Assembly: GCA_951406725.2 (NCBI GenBank)
Contig: OX597814.1
Coordinates: 214,644,001-214,708,000 of the forward strand
Length of the DNA: 64,000 nucleotides
Direction of reading: 5' to 3'
DNA from: Octopus vulgaris
Lineage: Eukaryota
Part shown: one piece after another, positions 37,980 through 50,210 of the stretch
How the letters are laid out: every line of letters starts with the position of its first letter
Position numbering within the stretch: position 1 is the stretch's first letter
Made by a program: the position numbers and the translations under genes
Notes under the pieces: model-generated
Seen by the model: the letters and a program-made list of their open reading frames with translations, nothing else
Database searches by the model: none
What the model was told of the DNA's origin: nothing

Positions 37980-38068
37980 TTCATATATACACACATACAA
38001 ACATACATCATACACATCATACATACATACATACATACATACATACATACATACATACATACATACAT

Positions 38069-38099
<31 letters not shown>

Positions 38100-38435
38100 T
38101 GCATACATGCATACATGCATACATAAATACATACATACATACATACACACATACATACATACATACATACATACATACATACACACATACATACATACAT
38201 ACATACATACACACATGCATACATGCATACATGCATACATAAATACATACATACATACATACACAGATACATACATACATACACACATACATACATACAT
38301 ACATAATACATACATAAATACGTACGTCCAACCCATGCTAGCATGGAAAACGGACGCTAAATGATGATGATGATACATACATACATACATACATCATACA
38401 TACATACAAACATGCATACATACATACATACATAT
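37980..38435. repeat. (CATA)n microsatellite with a 50-bp RTE tail inside
   Basis: RTE end cgtccaacccatgctagc...gatgat at 38325-38373. Confidence 0.9.
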
Positions 38436-38558
38436 AATCATGAAATTTTTCCTTTGTGTTATTATATTGCACCTAGGTTTTTATATTAATTTATATATAT
38501 AAGGTCTGATTGTATGCCTATCTAAAGTATATAAAATGTATTAACATACAATTTATAC

Positions 38559-38606
<48 letters not shown>

Positions 38607-39512
38607 TACATATATGTATGTATATATGCATATATATATATATATATTATTTATATGCATACATACATGCATATATATATATTTATATATATATGTATAA
38701 GGTCATATATGCCTATTTATAATATATAAAATGCATTAACATACCATTGTAAACATGATATATTAACACACTGTATACATCATTTTTATGAAAGTCATAA
38801 TACTTTATACTGCATGATGTACAAAGTATGAGCTACAATGTACATAACAAATTGTAATGAATTGAGGATTGGATAAAGTATTGATGTTCTACAAATTAAT
38901 CAAACTAAATTTAATTCAAGATAGATATTTAGCAATATCAGAATGAAAAACAATCTTGTTTTAAATCTGTTAATTTAAATTAAAGAATATGTTTAATAAA
39001 AGAATTTAGCTTAATTATATTTTCTGAATTATACAGTTTGTTTATTATATTTTGTTTGCTCAAATGTAGTAAAATGCATGTAGTTTCTGTTTGGGAATGT
39101 TTATACCTGTCAATACCAAAAATAGTCTAAAGAATTCTTTCTAAAACAATACAGAAATAATACAATATCCTTTGGAAAATAGTGATAGAACTTTGTGAAT
39201 GTTTTGCATTCATAATGTTATTGTTTTCCTTTAAATAAAGTTTTAATCTAGAATGGAAGCAATAGATAGCATCATACCTTTCAATGTGTGGGTCATCAAA
39301 GAATTCTCTAAAAGAGTTATTGTAGTGTTTAGGTTTTTTTCTCCCCTGAGTTTATAAATGTAAATAGTTATTCTTCATTCTTGAGGTTCTTTGTAAAGCA
39401 ATCCATAATTGAGGAAGTAAGTGTTTCAGCTTAGTGGCTGACTGATGGTAATGTAATGCCAGCCAAATATACTAGTCCAGTGTTGAGACATACCACAGTT
39501 AAGGAGAAGGGC

Positions 39513-39578
<66 letters not shown>

Positions 39579-40035
39579 AAAAAGACTGTAGAGGAAATTA
39601 CTGTTAGATTCATGAAAAGAGTAAAGCAAAATAAGAGAGTGGAAACTTATGAAACAGACAGGGAAGGAGAGAGAGAGAGAAAGAGAGAGAGATAGATAGA
39701 TAGAAGGATAGATAGAGAGAAATGGAGAGATGCCGAGTGAAAAGTAACAACTGTGGACAGGGAAAAAGTTAAGTAAAGACAAATGTGAAAGGAAAATTCA
39801 TAAGATAGAAATATAAGAAAGGAAGAGAGAAGACTGCTGCAAAAAGTGTGGGGTTGGGAGTTGGGGGGTGGGGGGTGGGGGTCTGGCGTTGAGGGCAAGG
39901 GATGAGAGGGAAGGGGGCTGGTTTGTAGAAAGGAAGAAAGCAGAAAAAAACAGCTATAAAAGGACAAACCATGTATATACCCTGGAAAAACAAATGAATA
40001 TGTGTGTGTGTGTGTACTGGTCTGTGTGTGTGAGT

Positions 40036-40071
<36 letters not shown>

Positions 40072-40256
40072 CTGTGTGTGTGTGCATCTACACAGACACA
40101 TGCAAATGTATACACACAAGCACTTTAACTGAATCTGTATTATTCTGCTCTTGGAGAGATATGTGTGTGTGTGTATGTATGTGTATATGTGTGTGAGTAC
40201 GTGTGTTTGCGAGTGTGTGTGCATGTGTATGTGTTGTATGTGTGCATGTATGTATA

Positions 40257-40342
<86 letters not shown>

Positions 40343-40443
40343 TGTATATATACATGCATGTATATATACATATACATGCATGCATATAGAAATATATATT
40401 TATATATATATTATTATTTAAAGGTCACAATACATGTATTAAA

Positions 40444-40496
40444 GCGCTACTAATAGTTTCATGTGTAGAGAGAACTCAAACATATTCTTCAGATGC
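40444..40496 (-). ncRNA. Type I HHR motif downstream of PLE endonuclease
   Basis: gcat CTGAAGA atatgt-ttgagttctctct-acacat GAAA ctattag TA gcgc; stem III ACTA-T-TAGT. Confidence 0.72.
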
Positions 40497-40675
40497 AAAC
40501 CACATATCATAACAAACAAAAAAATTGAATAGATAGAAGAACCATGATGAAGCTGAGACCTGCAGCATATAGAAACTGCAGGCAGTAAACAACAGAAAAC
40601 AAAACAAAGGTGTCAGAAGGAAAAAAAGTGCCCTCCTCCTTAGGCCTTAAATGATAAGGCTGGAGAGATATCAAG

Positions 40676-41060
40676 TCATTTAGGAATAGGCAAAATTTTC
40701 CAATTCTTCAGAATATATTTATACATATGTATGCAACTACTGAAAATTTCTGATCTGGAGTTCAATAGAGAGTTATGGATCTTAGATCTGAACAGGATCT
40801 GCGCTCTTTCAGCCAAACAAAGTCTACATTTATTCAGTGTATTCACATAAGGTATGGATTTCTCAATTGCTTTCCATTTAATCGCATGCAGTGTTTTGTT
40901 ATCTTTCAAAGTCCATACGTAGCTAGCCAACTTTGTAGCTTTACTTTTGTCCCTATGTTGGAAGGAGGTTATGTGACTGGCATAGTGATTTTTAAATTCT
41001 CCTTCACATGATCCAATATATGTCTTCTTATCAGTTGTATTATTATATCTATATCTATAT
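40676..41060 (-). pseudogene. Penelope-like GIY-YIG endonuclease, 5'-truncated but open
   Basis: KTYIGSCEGEFKNHYASHITSF...TKLASYVWTLK...IKWKAI...CRLCLAERAQIL...LLNSRSEIFSSC. Confidence 0.88.
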
Positions 41061-41114
41061 GTATGTATGTATATATATATAATCAAAATAAGCAACAAGA
41101 ATGACTCCGGTAAT

Positions 41115-41200
41115 TTGGTACGATCATTTCATACTACATCATTTTATTAAATGTTGTAAGTATTACAACAGTTTTAAAATGCTGAGCACTCATCAGCCAA
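41115..41200 (-). ncRNA. Type I HHR motif
   Basis: ttgg CTGATGA gtgct...agtat GAAA tgatcg TA ccaa. Confidence 0.8.
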
Positions 41201-41402
41201 TTATAGAGGTTTTCTATTAATACAAAAATTTTCATATCAAGTGGCAACATTGTAGAGAAGGTAGATACATATTCAAAGATGTGGATTTAAATTTTAAGAA
41301 CATTCTTGAAATTTAAATCCACATCTTTGTCTATATATCTATCTTCTCTATAATGTTGCCCCTTGATATGAAAATTTTTGTATTAATAGAAAACCTCTAT
41401 AA

Positions 41403-41488
41403 TTGGCTGATGAGTGCTCAGCATTTTAAAACTGTTGTAATACTTACAACATTTAATAAAATGATGTAGTATGAAACGATCGTACCAA
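41403..41488 (+). ncRNA. Type I HHR motif, intact
   Basis: ttgg CTGATGA(41407-13) gtgct-cagcatttta-aaac-tgttgtaa-tac-ttacaaca-tttaa-taaaatgatg-t-agtat GAAA(41473-76) cgatcg TA ccaa; stem III palindrome ACGATCGT. Confidence 0.88.
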
Positions 41489-41662
41489 ATTACCGGAGTA
41501 ATTCTTGTTGCTTATTTTGATTATAATCACCCCGCGAATTTTTATGGATAACACCATACAGACTTCTGGTGCATCTAAATTAAGTACCATATTCATTTGA
41601 ATCTAAGTTTTTGCTGAATGTATATATATATCTGTAAAATAATACATGACAATTATTCAATA

Positions 41663-41733
41663 GCCAAGATAAAACTCTGAGTTTTGGATGGTGAGGTGGA
41701 AATCCACAACACCATCTCTTCGATTATCTGGCC
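41663..41733 (-). ncRNA. Decayed HHR motif
   Basis: gccagataa TCGAAGA gatggtg...caccatc cAAAA ctcagag TT ttatcttggc; helices intact, core mutated. Confidence 0.45.
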
Positions 41734-41757
41734 ACCATTTTTACCAATATATATATA

Positions 41758-42183
41758 TCAAAATCGAAGTCGATCAACATCAATGGAAATTGTAGCTGTG
41801 ATACCAATGCCGGTGGCATGTAAGAGAACCATCCGAACATGGCCATTGCCAGCACCGCCCCGACTGGTCTCCGTGCTGGTGGCACGTAAAAAGCACCATC
41901 CGATTGTGGCCATTGCCAGCCTTGTCTGGCCCCCGTGCCAGTGGCACATAAAAAGCACCATCCGATCGTGGCCATTTGCCAGCTTCGTCTGGCACCTGTG
42001 CAGGTGGCACGTAAAACGCACCCACTACACTCACAGAGTGGTTGGCGTTAGGAAGGGCATCCAGCTGTAGAAACACTGCCAGATCAGACTGGAGCTTGGC
42101 ACAGCCTTCTGGCTTCCCAGACCCCAGTTGAACCGTCCTACCCATGCTAGCATGGAAAACGGACGTTAAACGATGATGATGAT
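41758..42183 (+). mobile_element. RTE 3' UTR fragment
   Basis: UTR units and (GAT)n tail. Confidence 0.85.
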
Positions 42184-42307
42184 ATCAGGAAAGCAGAAAA
42201 TGGAGTTAAAATTGATGAATAACAATTGATTTACATCGATTATCATTTATCAATTAATTACAAAAATTTATCAATTTATCAATTAATTACAAAAACACAG
42301 TATCTCA

Positions 42308-42422
42308 ACTTACAGCTGTTAACGTGATTCCCAGGCTTAACCACCACAATGATAATAATAATAATTGTTATCATTGTAAGTAATTAATTATACCAATTTG
42401 AATCATGGAACTTCATCAGCGT
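42308..42422 (-). ncRNA. Decayed HHR motif with long stem II
   Basis: CTGATGA agttc-catgattc...gaatcacg ttAA cagctg TA; palindromic ACAGCTGT, GAAA damaged. Confidence 0.4.
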
Positions 42423-42525
42423 AAAAAGAAAAAGAAAAAGAAAGAGAAAGCGTGAATGGTGATAATCAATTCATGCTACATGCTGACCCCCTGGGAAACT
42501 TCCAACTGACTAGAATTTAGAAATA

Positions 42526-42571
<46 letters not shown>

Positions 42572-43087
42572 TCATCATCATCATCATCATCGTTTAGCAT
42601 CCGTTTTCCATATATGCTGTGATTGAGAAAAGTCCCGAAGTAAAGTGAGATCACAGCCGTAAACTATGCCAGTATCGCATAACCAGACCATTTAAAAAGT
42701 ACCTTTGAATCATTGGGCGACACGCTGTGCTTGAGGGGACCTACTGAGTCAAGTAAGATCAAAATCAAAATTGCAATCAGAATCTCAATCAAATTGAAAT
42801 CCAAATGGAAATTGTAGTTGTGGATGATGCCAGTACTGCCTGACTGGTTCCCATGCTGGTGGCATGCTATAAGCACCATTCATACATAGGTCGATGTCAG
42901 TGCCACCTGACTGGCTTCCTGTGCTGGTGACATATAAAAAAGCATATGGTATATGCAAATATGTACATATATGTGTGTGTGTGTGTGTAGTTGTATTTTA
43001 CAGAGTTGATGATTCAGCAAAGAAACTCTTCTTGCACTAAATTCTTTCTCCTCTGAAACAGATTATTCTGTTTTGTGTGACTTTTAA

Positions 43088-43306
43088 CCTTTTTGTTACC
43101 AACCTGGCTGAAACTGGCTCTGGCCCTGTAGTACAAATGTCTTGCTTTCAAAAGTTCTGAATTAAAATCTTCCACCAAACCTTAGTCTTAATTTATGTTC
43201 CTAACACTAAGTTAATGATAACTAAGTTATTTTACTAAATTCTCTGTTATATTTAAAATAATTGAAAGAAACAAAGCATCTCAAAATAAATACAGTAACG
43301 AAAAAG
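43088..43306. mobile_element. piggyBac-type MITE (P2)
   Basis: Matches 36438-36637. Confidence 0.8.
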
Positions 43307-43317
43307 ATAAACCTAAC

Positions 43318-43723
43318 TTTACTCTTTTACTCTTTTACTTGTTTCAGTCATTTGACTGCGGCCATGCTGGAGCACCGCCTTTAATCGAGCAACTCGACCC
43401 CGGGACTTATTCTTTTGTAAGCCCAGTACTTATTCTATCGGTCTTTTTTGCCGAACCGCTAAGTTACGGGGACATAAACACACCAGCATCGGTTGTCAAG
43501 CGATGTTGAGGGCACAAACACAGACACACAAACATGCACACACATATATATACATATATACGACAGGCTTCTTTCAGTTTCCGTCTACCAAATCCACTCA
43601 CAAGGCATTGGTCGGCCCGGGGCTATAGCAGAAGAAACTTGCCCAAGATGCCACGCAGTGGGATTGAACTCGGAACCATGTGGTTGGTTAGCAAGCTACT
43701 TACCACACAGCCACTCCTGCGCC
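43318..43723 (-). mobile_element. SINE family A
   Basis: Full-length match. Confidence 0.9.
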
Positions 43724-44159
43724 TTTGATTCATAGCAATCAAAATAATTTCTCCTCAATATATGACATCAAAGAATTATAGGTAGACACTATTATCAAAT
43801 GATGTTATTTCACATTACTTAAAACAGTTGTATATAAAATGCCTGCTTCATAATCAATATTTAAAAATGCATATGCACTTACTAATATTGTAAATATGTA
43901 AATATACAGGTAAATAAAGTGATAATTGAATGAATATTTTACTGTAAATAGATACCTAATTAAATTAATGATAATAGATGTTAATAAACTGGAAGACTTT
44001 TTAAATGTATACAATCTATATACGACATATTTGCTGGCATATCCTTAACCATGTGCAAACAATTAGCAAATATTTGTGCATATCTAAATATATAAAAATA
44101 CCAGGAACCTTAATTTATGTTCAGTCGCACATTTTTATGCATATGCACTTCTGCATGTG

Positions 44160-45151
<992 letters not shown>

Positions 45152-45156
45152 ATATA

Positions 45157-45189
<33 letters not shown>

Positions 45190-45476
45190 TTATGTATGTA
45201 TGTATGTATGTATGTATATATATATATATATATATAGTCTTTTTGTAAATCATTAGTAAATAGTAATTGATGCAAATCAATTGTTGTTCATCAATGATAT
45301 CTCCATTTTCTGTTTTCTTTAAATTTTGATTCCTGATAAACTCCTGTTTATCCTTGGCTTTACCTATAATTTATGAGCATAATGTTTTTGCCCTTGTTTA
45401 AATATAGGTAATATAACAGTAGTATTTTGGATACTTTTATCCCTTAGATGGTTATTTTAAACTCTAACTCAACTAC

Positions 45477-45529
<53 letters not shown>

Positions 45530-45530
<1 letters not shown>

Positions 45531-46190
45531 ACGGCAAGCCAAGTGAGACCATAACCATGGCCTATTCCAGTGCAGCATTACTGGTCCATTTAAGAGTACC
45601 CTTTAATCATTTGGCAATAAACTGTGCTTGTGAAGACCTGTTTAGTCAAGTGAAGTCATTGTTAAGTTCGATGCCAGTACCACCTGACTGGCACCTGTGC
45701 CAGTGGCATGTAAAAGGCACCATTTCACCATGGTCGATACCAGTGCCACCTGACTGGTCCCATGCTGGTAAAAAGCACCATTCAAGTGTGGCTGTTGCCA
45801 GTGCCATATGAGTGGCTTGTAAAAGCACCATTTGAGCATAGTCATTGCCAGTGTTGCCTGACTGGCTCCCACGCTGGTGACATGTAAAAAACACCATTCA
45901 AGCATGGGTCATTGCCAGTGTCGCGCTGACCAGCTCCTGTGCCAGTGGCATGTAAAACGCACCATTCAAGCGTGGCCGAAGCCAGTACTGCCTGACTGGC
46001 CCTCATGCTGGTGGCACGTAAAAAGCACCCACTACACTGTTGGAGTGGTGGGCATTAGGAATGGCAAACAGCTGTAGAAACCTTGCCAGATCAGAGTGGA
46101 ACTTGGTACAGCCTTCTGGATTGCTAGTCCTCATTCAAACTGCCCAACCCAAGCCAACATGGAAAATGGATGTTAAACGATGATGATGAT
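45530..46190 (+). mobile_element. RTE 3' UTR with multiple units
   Basis: Repeated aaagcacca units and (GAT)n tail. Confidence 0.82.
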
Positions 46191-46304
46191 TATATATATA
46201 TATAAATCCTTTATCCAAAAAGAAGCATACTCTAAAACTTTTGAGCTCTAATACTTAAAAAGTTGGTTATGACCAGTTAGGAAGTGATGTGCCTCTTGTC
46301 AACA

Positions 46305-46363
46305 AGTCTGATGAGTCAATTATACTGCTCAAGAACTCTATAAATGTGAAACCTATAGTCACT
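46305..46363 (+). ncRNA. Type I HHR motif
   Basis: agt CTGATGA(46308-14) gtcaattata...tataaatgt GAAA(46348-51) cctatag TC act. Confidence 0.68.
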
Positions 46364-46563
46364 CCCTCTAACTGGCCTTAACCAACAACCTCTTAAATAT
46401 ATATATATATATATATATAAATATAAGAGAGTTAACGATAAGTGGCTAACTCTAGTGCTAGAAATAGCTCCTTTTTCTGGTATAGCCACCAAAGATTTTT
46501 TCCACAGCAGAAACAGCATTACTTTCAACATAAGGGAAGCGAAATACAACAAAAAGATAGATC

Positions 46564-46641
46564 AATGCTGAAAAATTGTTTCCTTATCAACATACTATGT
46601 AATCATACTCACATATTTGTCTATAATTCATCAGCAGCATT
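46564..46641 (-). ncRNA. Type I HHR motif (stem III mismatch)
   Basis: aatgctg CTGATGA attat...atgtga-gtatga-ttacat...ataag GAAA caattt TT cagcatt; 7-bp helix I. Confidence 0.7.
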
Positions 46642-46711
46642 TGTCCTTGATACAATATATATATATATATATGTATATATATATGTATACATATATACAT
46701 ACATATATATG

Positions 46712-46862
46712 ACTCTGTGGTAAGATGCTTGCTTCCCAACCACATATTTCCGGGTTCAGTCCCACTGTGTGGTACTTTGGGCAAGTGTCTTCTACTATAG
46801 TCTCGGGTCAAGCAAAATCTTGTGGGTGGATTTGGTAGATGGAAACTGAAAGAAGCCCTTTG
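46712..46862 (+). mobile_element. SINE family A, 5' half
   Basis: Matches the family A head. Confidence 0.8.
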
Positions 46863-47057
46863 TACATACATATATATATGTATGTGTGGGTATATATATA
46901 TATATATATATATATAATGGCATCCAGCCGTAGAAACATTGCCAGATCAAACTGGGCCTGGTGCAGCCTTCTGGCTTCCCAGACCCCAGTTGAACCGTCC
47001 AACCCATGCCAGCATGGAAAGCGGACACTAAACGACGATGATGATGATGATGATGAT

Positions 47058-47089
<32 letters not shown>

Positions 47090-47101
47090 ATGTTTGTGTG
47101 T

Positions 47102-47135
<34 letters not shown>

Positions 47136-47691
47136 CAGACAGAAATAACAAGATGTATCAAAAAGTAAATGTTATAGATAAAATGCAATGTTATCTTGTT
47201 GACATCAGGAGGATTTAAATAAATCTTGAATGCCCAGAAAGATTTGGCCGTTAGGCATCCAATTGTTGAGTTCTGAATAACTGCAATGGTAAAACGTCAG
47301 TTGGAACTATATTTACACATCATAGGAATTTATAAACTTTGGGATAATGTAAAATAATTCTTTTTTGGAATAGTAGATCTCAAAGCAGTAGAGCTAGAAA
47401 TAATAATGTATAGATATAGGGTAAAAAACCCTTTGGATAGGAAAAGTTGAAGATTGTTAATCATTCCCTTTGTATTTCAATATTTCAAGGTTAGGATACC
47501 TTCGGGAAATATTTGAAGAAATGGTGTTGTGAGCTGACTTCTCTGAAGAAGTAAAAAATATCAAAATATGAGGTAAATATATTAACCAGTGAGTTGCATT
47601 TGTTTCTTATAACTGGCATTATTTTGGCTTTATAAAAAAAATATTAAAAACATATATATCAGACAATGCTTCATGCAAACTATTCTACTCT

Positions 47692-47723
<32 letters not shown>

Positions 47724-48450
47724 TGTATGTATGTATGTATGTATGTATGTATGTATGTATGTATGTATGTATGCATGTATGTATGAATGTATGTATGTAT
47801 GCATGTATGCATGTATGTATGAATGTATGTATCTCCATACATGTATGAATGTATGAATGTATGAATGTATGTATCTACATTTTCATACATACATACATAC
47901 ATACATACATACATGCATACATACATACATTCATACATACATACATACGTACGTCCATACATACATACATACATACATACATACATACATACATACATAC
48001 ATACATACATACATACATACATACATACATACATACATGCCTGCATACATACATACATATATGTATATATATATATATTTATACATACACATATAATCCT
48101 GTATATGTATATATGTATATATACATACACACACACATAATATATATATATATATATACAGTGTATGTATATTTGTATGTGTGTGTGTATGTGTATCTGT
48201 ATGTATATATGTATTTATGCGTTTTAGACATTGAAGATATGCTAAGATTGCTATGTGCATTCTCATGGGAGCTATTTTGAAGGGGATGATGCTGAAATAT
48301 AAATAATATGTGAAATACATTATTTACTGGAGTATAGGTGTACTTTTCCTCACGCCTAGTTTGGGAGCTTTCTGATACTGCTTCATAAACACACACACAC
48401 ACACATGCCAGCACATGCATACTGACATGCACACATAAACACACACACTA

Positions 48451-48486
<36 letters not shown>

Positions 48487-48624
48487 CGGAGATGTACTCG
48501 CATAGCAAGTAATTTGATCTGAGATCGTGTGCTGAAACGAAAACAATTGCAGCGTGGAAGGTGTTTATAAGCCATTTAAGAAACACACAAAAGCCGTTCA
48601 ATTCACTTCAACATTTAAGTTTAA

Positions 48625-48674
48625 TTTGTCAAAATATTTTCGTCGCTAAAATCCGCGACCTGTTCACTGACAAA
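48625..48674 (-). ncRNA. Hammerhead-like motif, G3:C8 variant, best-preserved copy
   Basis: tttgtca GTGAACA g-gtcgc-ggatttta-gcgac GAAA atat TT tgacaaa; 7-bp helix I, 5-bp helix II. Confidence 0.68.
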
Positions 48675-48689
48675 AATCCGTGCTGCATC

Positions 48690-48735
48690 TCAGTGAACAG
48701 GTCGCGGATTTTAGCGATGAAAATATTTTGACAAA
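48690..48735 (+). ncRNA. Hammerhead-like motif, G3:C8 variant (helix I cut by the inversion junction)
   Basis: tca GTGAACA ggtcgc...gcgat GAAA atat TT tga. Confidence 0.55.
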
Positions 48736-48959
48736 TTAAACTTAAATGTTGAAGTGAATCGAACGGCTTTTGTGTGTTTCTTAAATGGCTTATAAACACC
48801 TTCCACGCTGCAATTGTATATATTGGTGACACAAACTTTCATTCACACTTTGAATTTGGTGATACTGGTAACGGCTTTAGCTCGCTCTGATACTATGAGT
48901 TGAGGTGATGTCTTCTAGTACCTCGAAATTTAATATACAATTATTCATAATTGTAGAGT

Positions 48960-49050
48960 CCTACGCTGATGAGAAATATAGTTGGGTAAGACATAATTAT
49001 CTAATTCTTATGCTTTCCTAAAACTTAATTTCGAAACGTACGCCCGTAGG
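48960..49050 (+). ncRNA. Type I HHR motif (U16.1 is C)
   Basis: cctacg CTGATGA gaaat...atttc GAAA cgtacg CC cgtagg. Confidence 0.8.
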
Positions 49051-49536
49051 TGACTTAATATTGTATGATTGTCGTCATTTCTTTCTCTCTTGCCTGCGTT
49101 TGCCTTTCAAGTGCGGTGGTTTTACTGAGATCCCACTTTTAGTAGAAGGAATAGCTATAACTCTTTGACTGCTATTTCTAAACTCGGTGTGTGGTGAGGC
49201 AAATCGTTGCTAAACCCTTAATTACTTAGTATTACTTAAACTTTCCTCGAATGGGGCTTTTACATGCCGAAATCTACTTGGTGAAATTAATGATTATTCC
49301 AAATTAATTGATTTCACCCTATATTATTACTGATAACCATATTTCATCCCAGTAAATGACCACAACATCTTGTCCGGGCGGCACGCTGGTGGGAGGGGGT
49401 TGGTGACATAAACTTTCATTCACACTTTGAATTTGGTGATACTGGTAACGGCTTTAGCTCGCTCTGATACTATTAGTTGAGGTGATGTCTTCTAGTACCT
49501 CGAAATTTAATATACAATTATTCATAATTGTAGAGT

Positions 49537-49627
49537 CCTATGCTGATGAGAAAAATAGTTGGGTAAGACATAATTATCTAATTCTTATGCTTTCCTAAAA
49601 CTTAATTTCGAAACGTACGTCCGTAGG
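49537..49627 (+). ncRNA. Type I HHR motif, intact GUC
   Basis: cctatg CTGATGA(49543-49) gaaa...tttc GAAA(49610-13) cgtacg TC cgtagg; stem III palindrome ACGTACGT. Confidence 0.9.
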
Positions 49628-49805
49628 TGACTTAATATTGTATGATTGTCGTCATTTCTTTCTCTCTTGCCTGCGTTTGCCTTTCAAGTGCGGTGGTTTT
49701 ACTGAGATCCCACTTTTAGTAGAAGGAATAGCTATAACTCTTTGACTGCTATTTCTAAACTCGGTGTGTGGTGAGGCAAATCGTTGCTAAGCCCTTAATT
49801 ACTTA

Positions 49806-49840
<35 letters not shown>

Positions 49841-49844
<4 letters not shown>

Positions 49845-49962
49845 GGAGTAAACACATAAATGTGAGACAAGGTGGAGAAAAGAGTACTCAAATACCAGTG
49901 GTAGAGTAATATGCTTTATTTAAAGCATTTAAAGCATTATTGTCTGCTGCATTAAATAAAGT
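49841..49962. mobile_element. Truncated member of the 52444-52672 family
   Basis: ccggagtaaac...gagtactcaaataccagtggtagagtaatatgctttattt is the reverse complement of 52592-52672. Confidence 0.75.
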
Positions 49963-50148
49963 ATATATATATATATATATATATGCACGGGAGTGTCTGT
50001 GTTGTGATAAGTAGCTTGCTTACAAACCACATGGTTCTGGGTTCAGTCACACAGCATGGCACCTTGGGCAAGTATCTTCTACTATAGCCTCAGGTCAACC
50101 AAAGCTTTGTGAGTAGATTTAGTTGAAAGAAACTGAAAGAAGCCTGTC

Positions 50149-50210
<62 letters not shown>

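Larger units (their letters stand above)
41078..41525. repeat. 448-bp near-perfect palindrome (PLE-type inverted duplication)
   Basis: Symmetry centre at 41301/41302 (aagaa-ca-ttctt). Confidence 0.92.
48485..48817. mobile_element. Second copy of the fold-back G3:C8-HHR element, opposite orientation to 11458
   Basis: Arms ~48543-48670 and ~48690-48817; left side abuts (TA)n. Confidence 0.85.
48823..49809 (+). mobile_element. Retrozyme or PLE pseudo-LTR-like element: 410-bp direct repeats around a 167-bp spacer
   Basis: 48823-49232 and 49400-49809 are nearly identical (period 577 bp), each with an HHR; no ORF; TA-bounded. Confidence 0.85.

Noticed and set aside
45335-45430. CTGATAA followed by a long hairpin
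   Set aside because: No GAAA or stem III after the hairpin; may be a deleted HHR but cannot be supported.
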